Of a DNA stretch of 64,000 bases, positions 62,556 through 64,000 are shown one piece after another. The DNA is from Octopus sinensis (Eukaryota), in the NCBI RefSeq assembly GCF_006345805.1, contig NC_043006.1, forward strand, positions 56,792,001 through 56,856,000, written 5' to 3'. Every line of letters begins with the position of its first letter. Position 1 is the stretch's first letter. The notes beneath the pieces are model-generated. The model made no database searches. It was not told the DNA's origin and saw only the letters and a list, made by a program, of their open reading frames with translations. Made by a program: the position numbers and the translations under genes.

Positions 62556-63074
62556 AGAGAAGACATTGCAACCTCCACATGCACCTTCGTTCCCTGGAGG
62601 GAAAGGACTACATTGGGATTAGTCGTTGCCTACTAGGGGCTCTTACATACCCGAGCAACGCCGGGCTATGCTGCTAGTATATATATATAAGAATCGTCAA
62701 AGCGTCGGGCAAAATGCTTTCTGGTACTTCTTCCGGCGCTTTACGTTATGAGTCCAATTTCCGCTGAGGTTGAATTTGCCTTCCATCATTTCGGGGTCGA
62801 TAAAATAAGCACTATTTTAAACAAGTACCAGTTTGACAATGGTGCTAACGCAATCAATATACCTCCTCCCTAGAGATTGCTGACCTTGTGCCAAAATTTT
62901 AAACCAAAGGCTGCGAGTTGGCAGAAACGTGAAAATACCGAGCAAAATGCTTAGCGGGATTTCGTCTGTCTCTACGTTCTGAGTTCTAATTCTGTCGAGG
63001 TTTACTTTGCATTTCATCCTTTCAAGGTTGATAAATTAAGTGCAAGTCCAGTACAGGGGTCGATGCAATCGACT

Positions 63075-63103
63075 TGTAACGAAACACATTCTCTCTCTCT
63101 CTT

Positions 63104-63146
<43 letters not shown>

Positions 63147-63725
63147 TTCTCTCTCTCTCTCCCTCTCTCTCTCTGAGATATACAATACAAATAACGTCGT
63201 AGCAGATAGCAGTCATCCTTCGGCTGCTTAGGACCAGTTGTGTCCGCTGCCCTGATTGGTTGGTTTTGGTGCAGTTTTATCTCTTGCTTTATTTCGCGCC
63301 AATGTGTAAACCAACCATTCACAACCTTCACATAAGGTCCCGTGATACAGTCTTCTAGGTTCTTCTCTGGAGCCCACTAATGTCTTTATAAGGTAGTCAC
63401 GACAAACCATTTGTGTCTTTGGTTCTAGTCCTTCTTAGGGCTAACTGCTGACCACAAACCAGACAGCCAGTTCCAGCGCCAACACCACCGCAGCATTTCA
63501 GGACCTTTCTCCGCCGTCGCCATCACCCTCGTCGACTTCAACAATATGTACACATCAACATCGTTCCAGGTTTAACTTCACGCTGTTTGTGAATACTGAC
63601 CAAGATTAACAGCTCCAGTCTACCTGCGAGATCTTTTGTACCAAGTGATCCGGCATAGGATAGAAACTACAACTTCTACACGCGTAGTAACCGGCTCTCC
63701 ACTTTGCCTCAACCTCTCTGTTACA
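63075..63725. mobile_element. Candidate solo LTR (651 bp)
   Basis: TGTAAC...GTTACA termini; interrupts a family-B SINE; contains ATTGG and TTTATAA motifs. TSD is imperfect (CGACT versus GAACT). Confidence 0.4.
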
Positions 63726-64000
63726 GAACTAACTATTGTGTATCTTACGAACTGGTAATTAACTCCATTAGTCTGAACACTCATTTCTATGCTCTGTATT
63801 ATCTCACACACATACACCTTATTTTGTACACACACATTGTATGTTTGACGGTCTGTCTTATTATGTACACAATTATAACGCACTCACGAACACACAGACA
63901 CACAATTATGTCGCAGTCACGAATACACCTTGTTTGTACTTATATCGCCCACACAGACACACACTTGTTGCATTCATAGACAAACACTCTGCTCCTCACG

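Larger units (their letters stand above)
60114..62677 (+). mobile_element. Helitron derivative carrying a PIF1-type helicase but no visible Rep domain
   Basis: TCTCTATATAAAC 5'-like end; same 3' hairpin and CTAG|T as 54593-55105; helicase ORF inside. Confidence 0.8.

Overview
AT-rich, microsatellite-dense eukaryotic DNA, almost entirely transposon-derived. The SINE families and (TA)n/(TG)n/(TAA)n load suggest a cephalopod, probably Octopus (inference from recalled repeats, not searched). I found no intact host protein-coding gene; the only host-derived coding trace is a frameshifted, intronless Suv39h-like fragment at the left end. Main elements: a young but internally deleted Ty3/gypsy LTR element (10292-14971; CATC target-site duplication (TSD), tRNA-Trp-type primer-binding site, textbook -1 frameshift signal), a full-length decayed mariner (38149-39431), two Helitrons (54593-55105; ~60114-62677 with an open PIF1-type helicase frame), several Penelope-like elements (PLEs) and their terminal repeats, LINE fragments (RTE, Tx1/L1, CR1, R4/Dong-like), Merlin- and Chapaev-like remnants, MITEs and many SINEs. 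The most interesting signal is a set of type I hammerhead-ribozyme-like motifs with non-canonical cores and palindromic stem III in (TA)n-associated repeats. The best one (21577-21684, minus) lies in a 485-bp partial tandem unit whose 5' end falls 5 nt from the predicted cleavage site, as expected for a retrozyme-like or PLE-derived self-cleaving RNA. All calls are by eye; boundaries of decayed elements are approximate.
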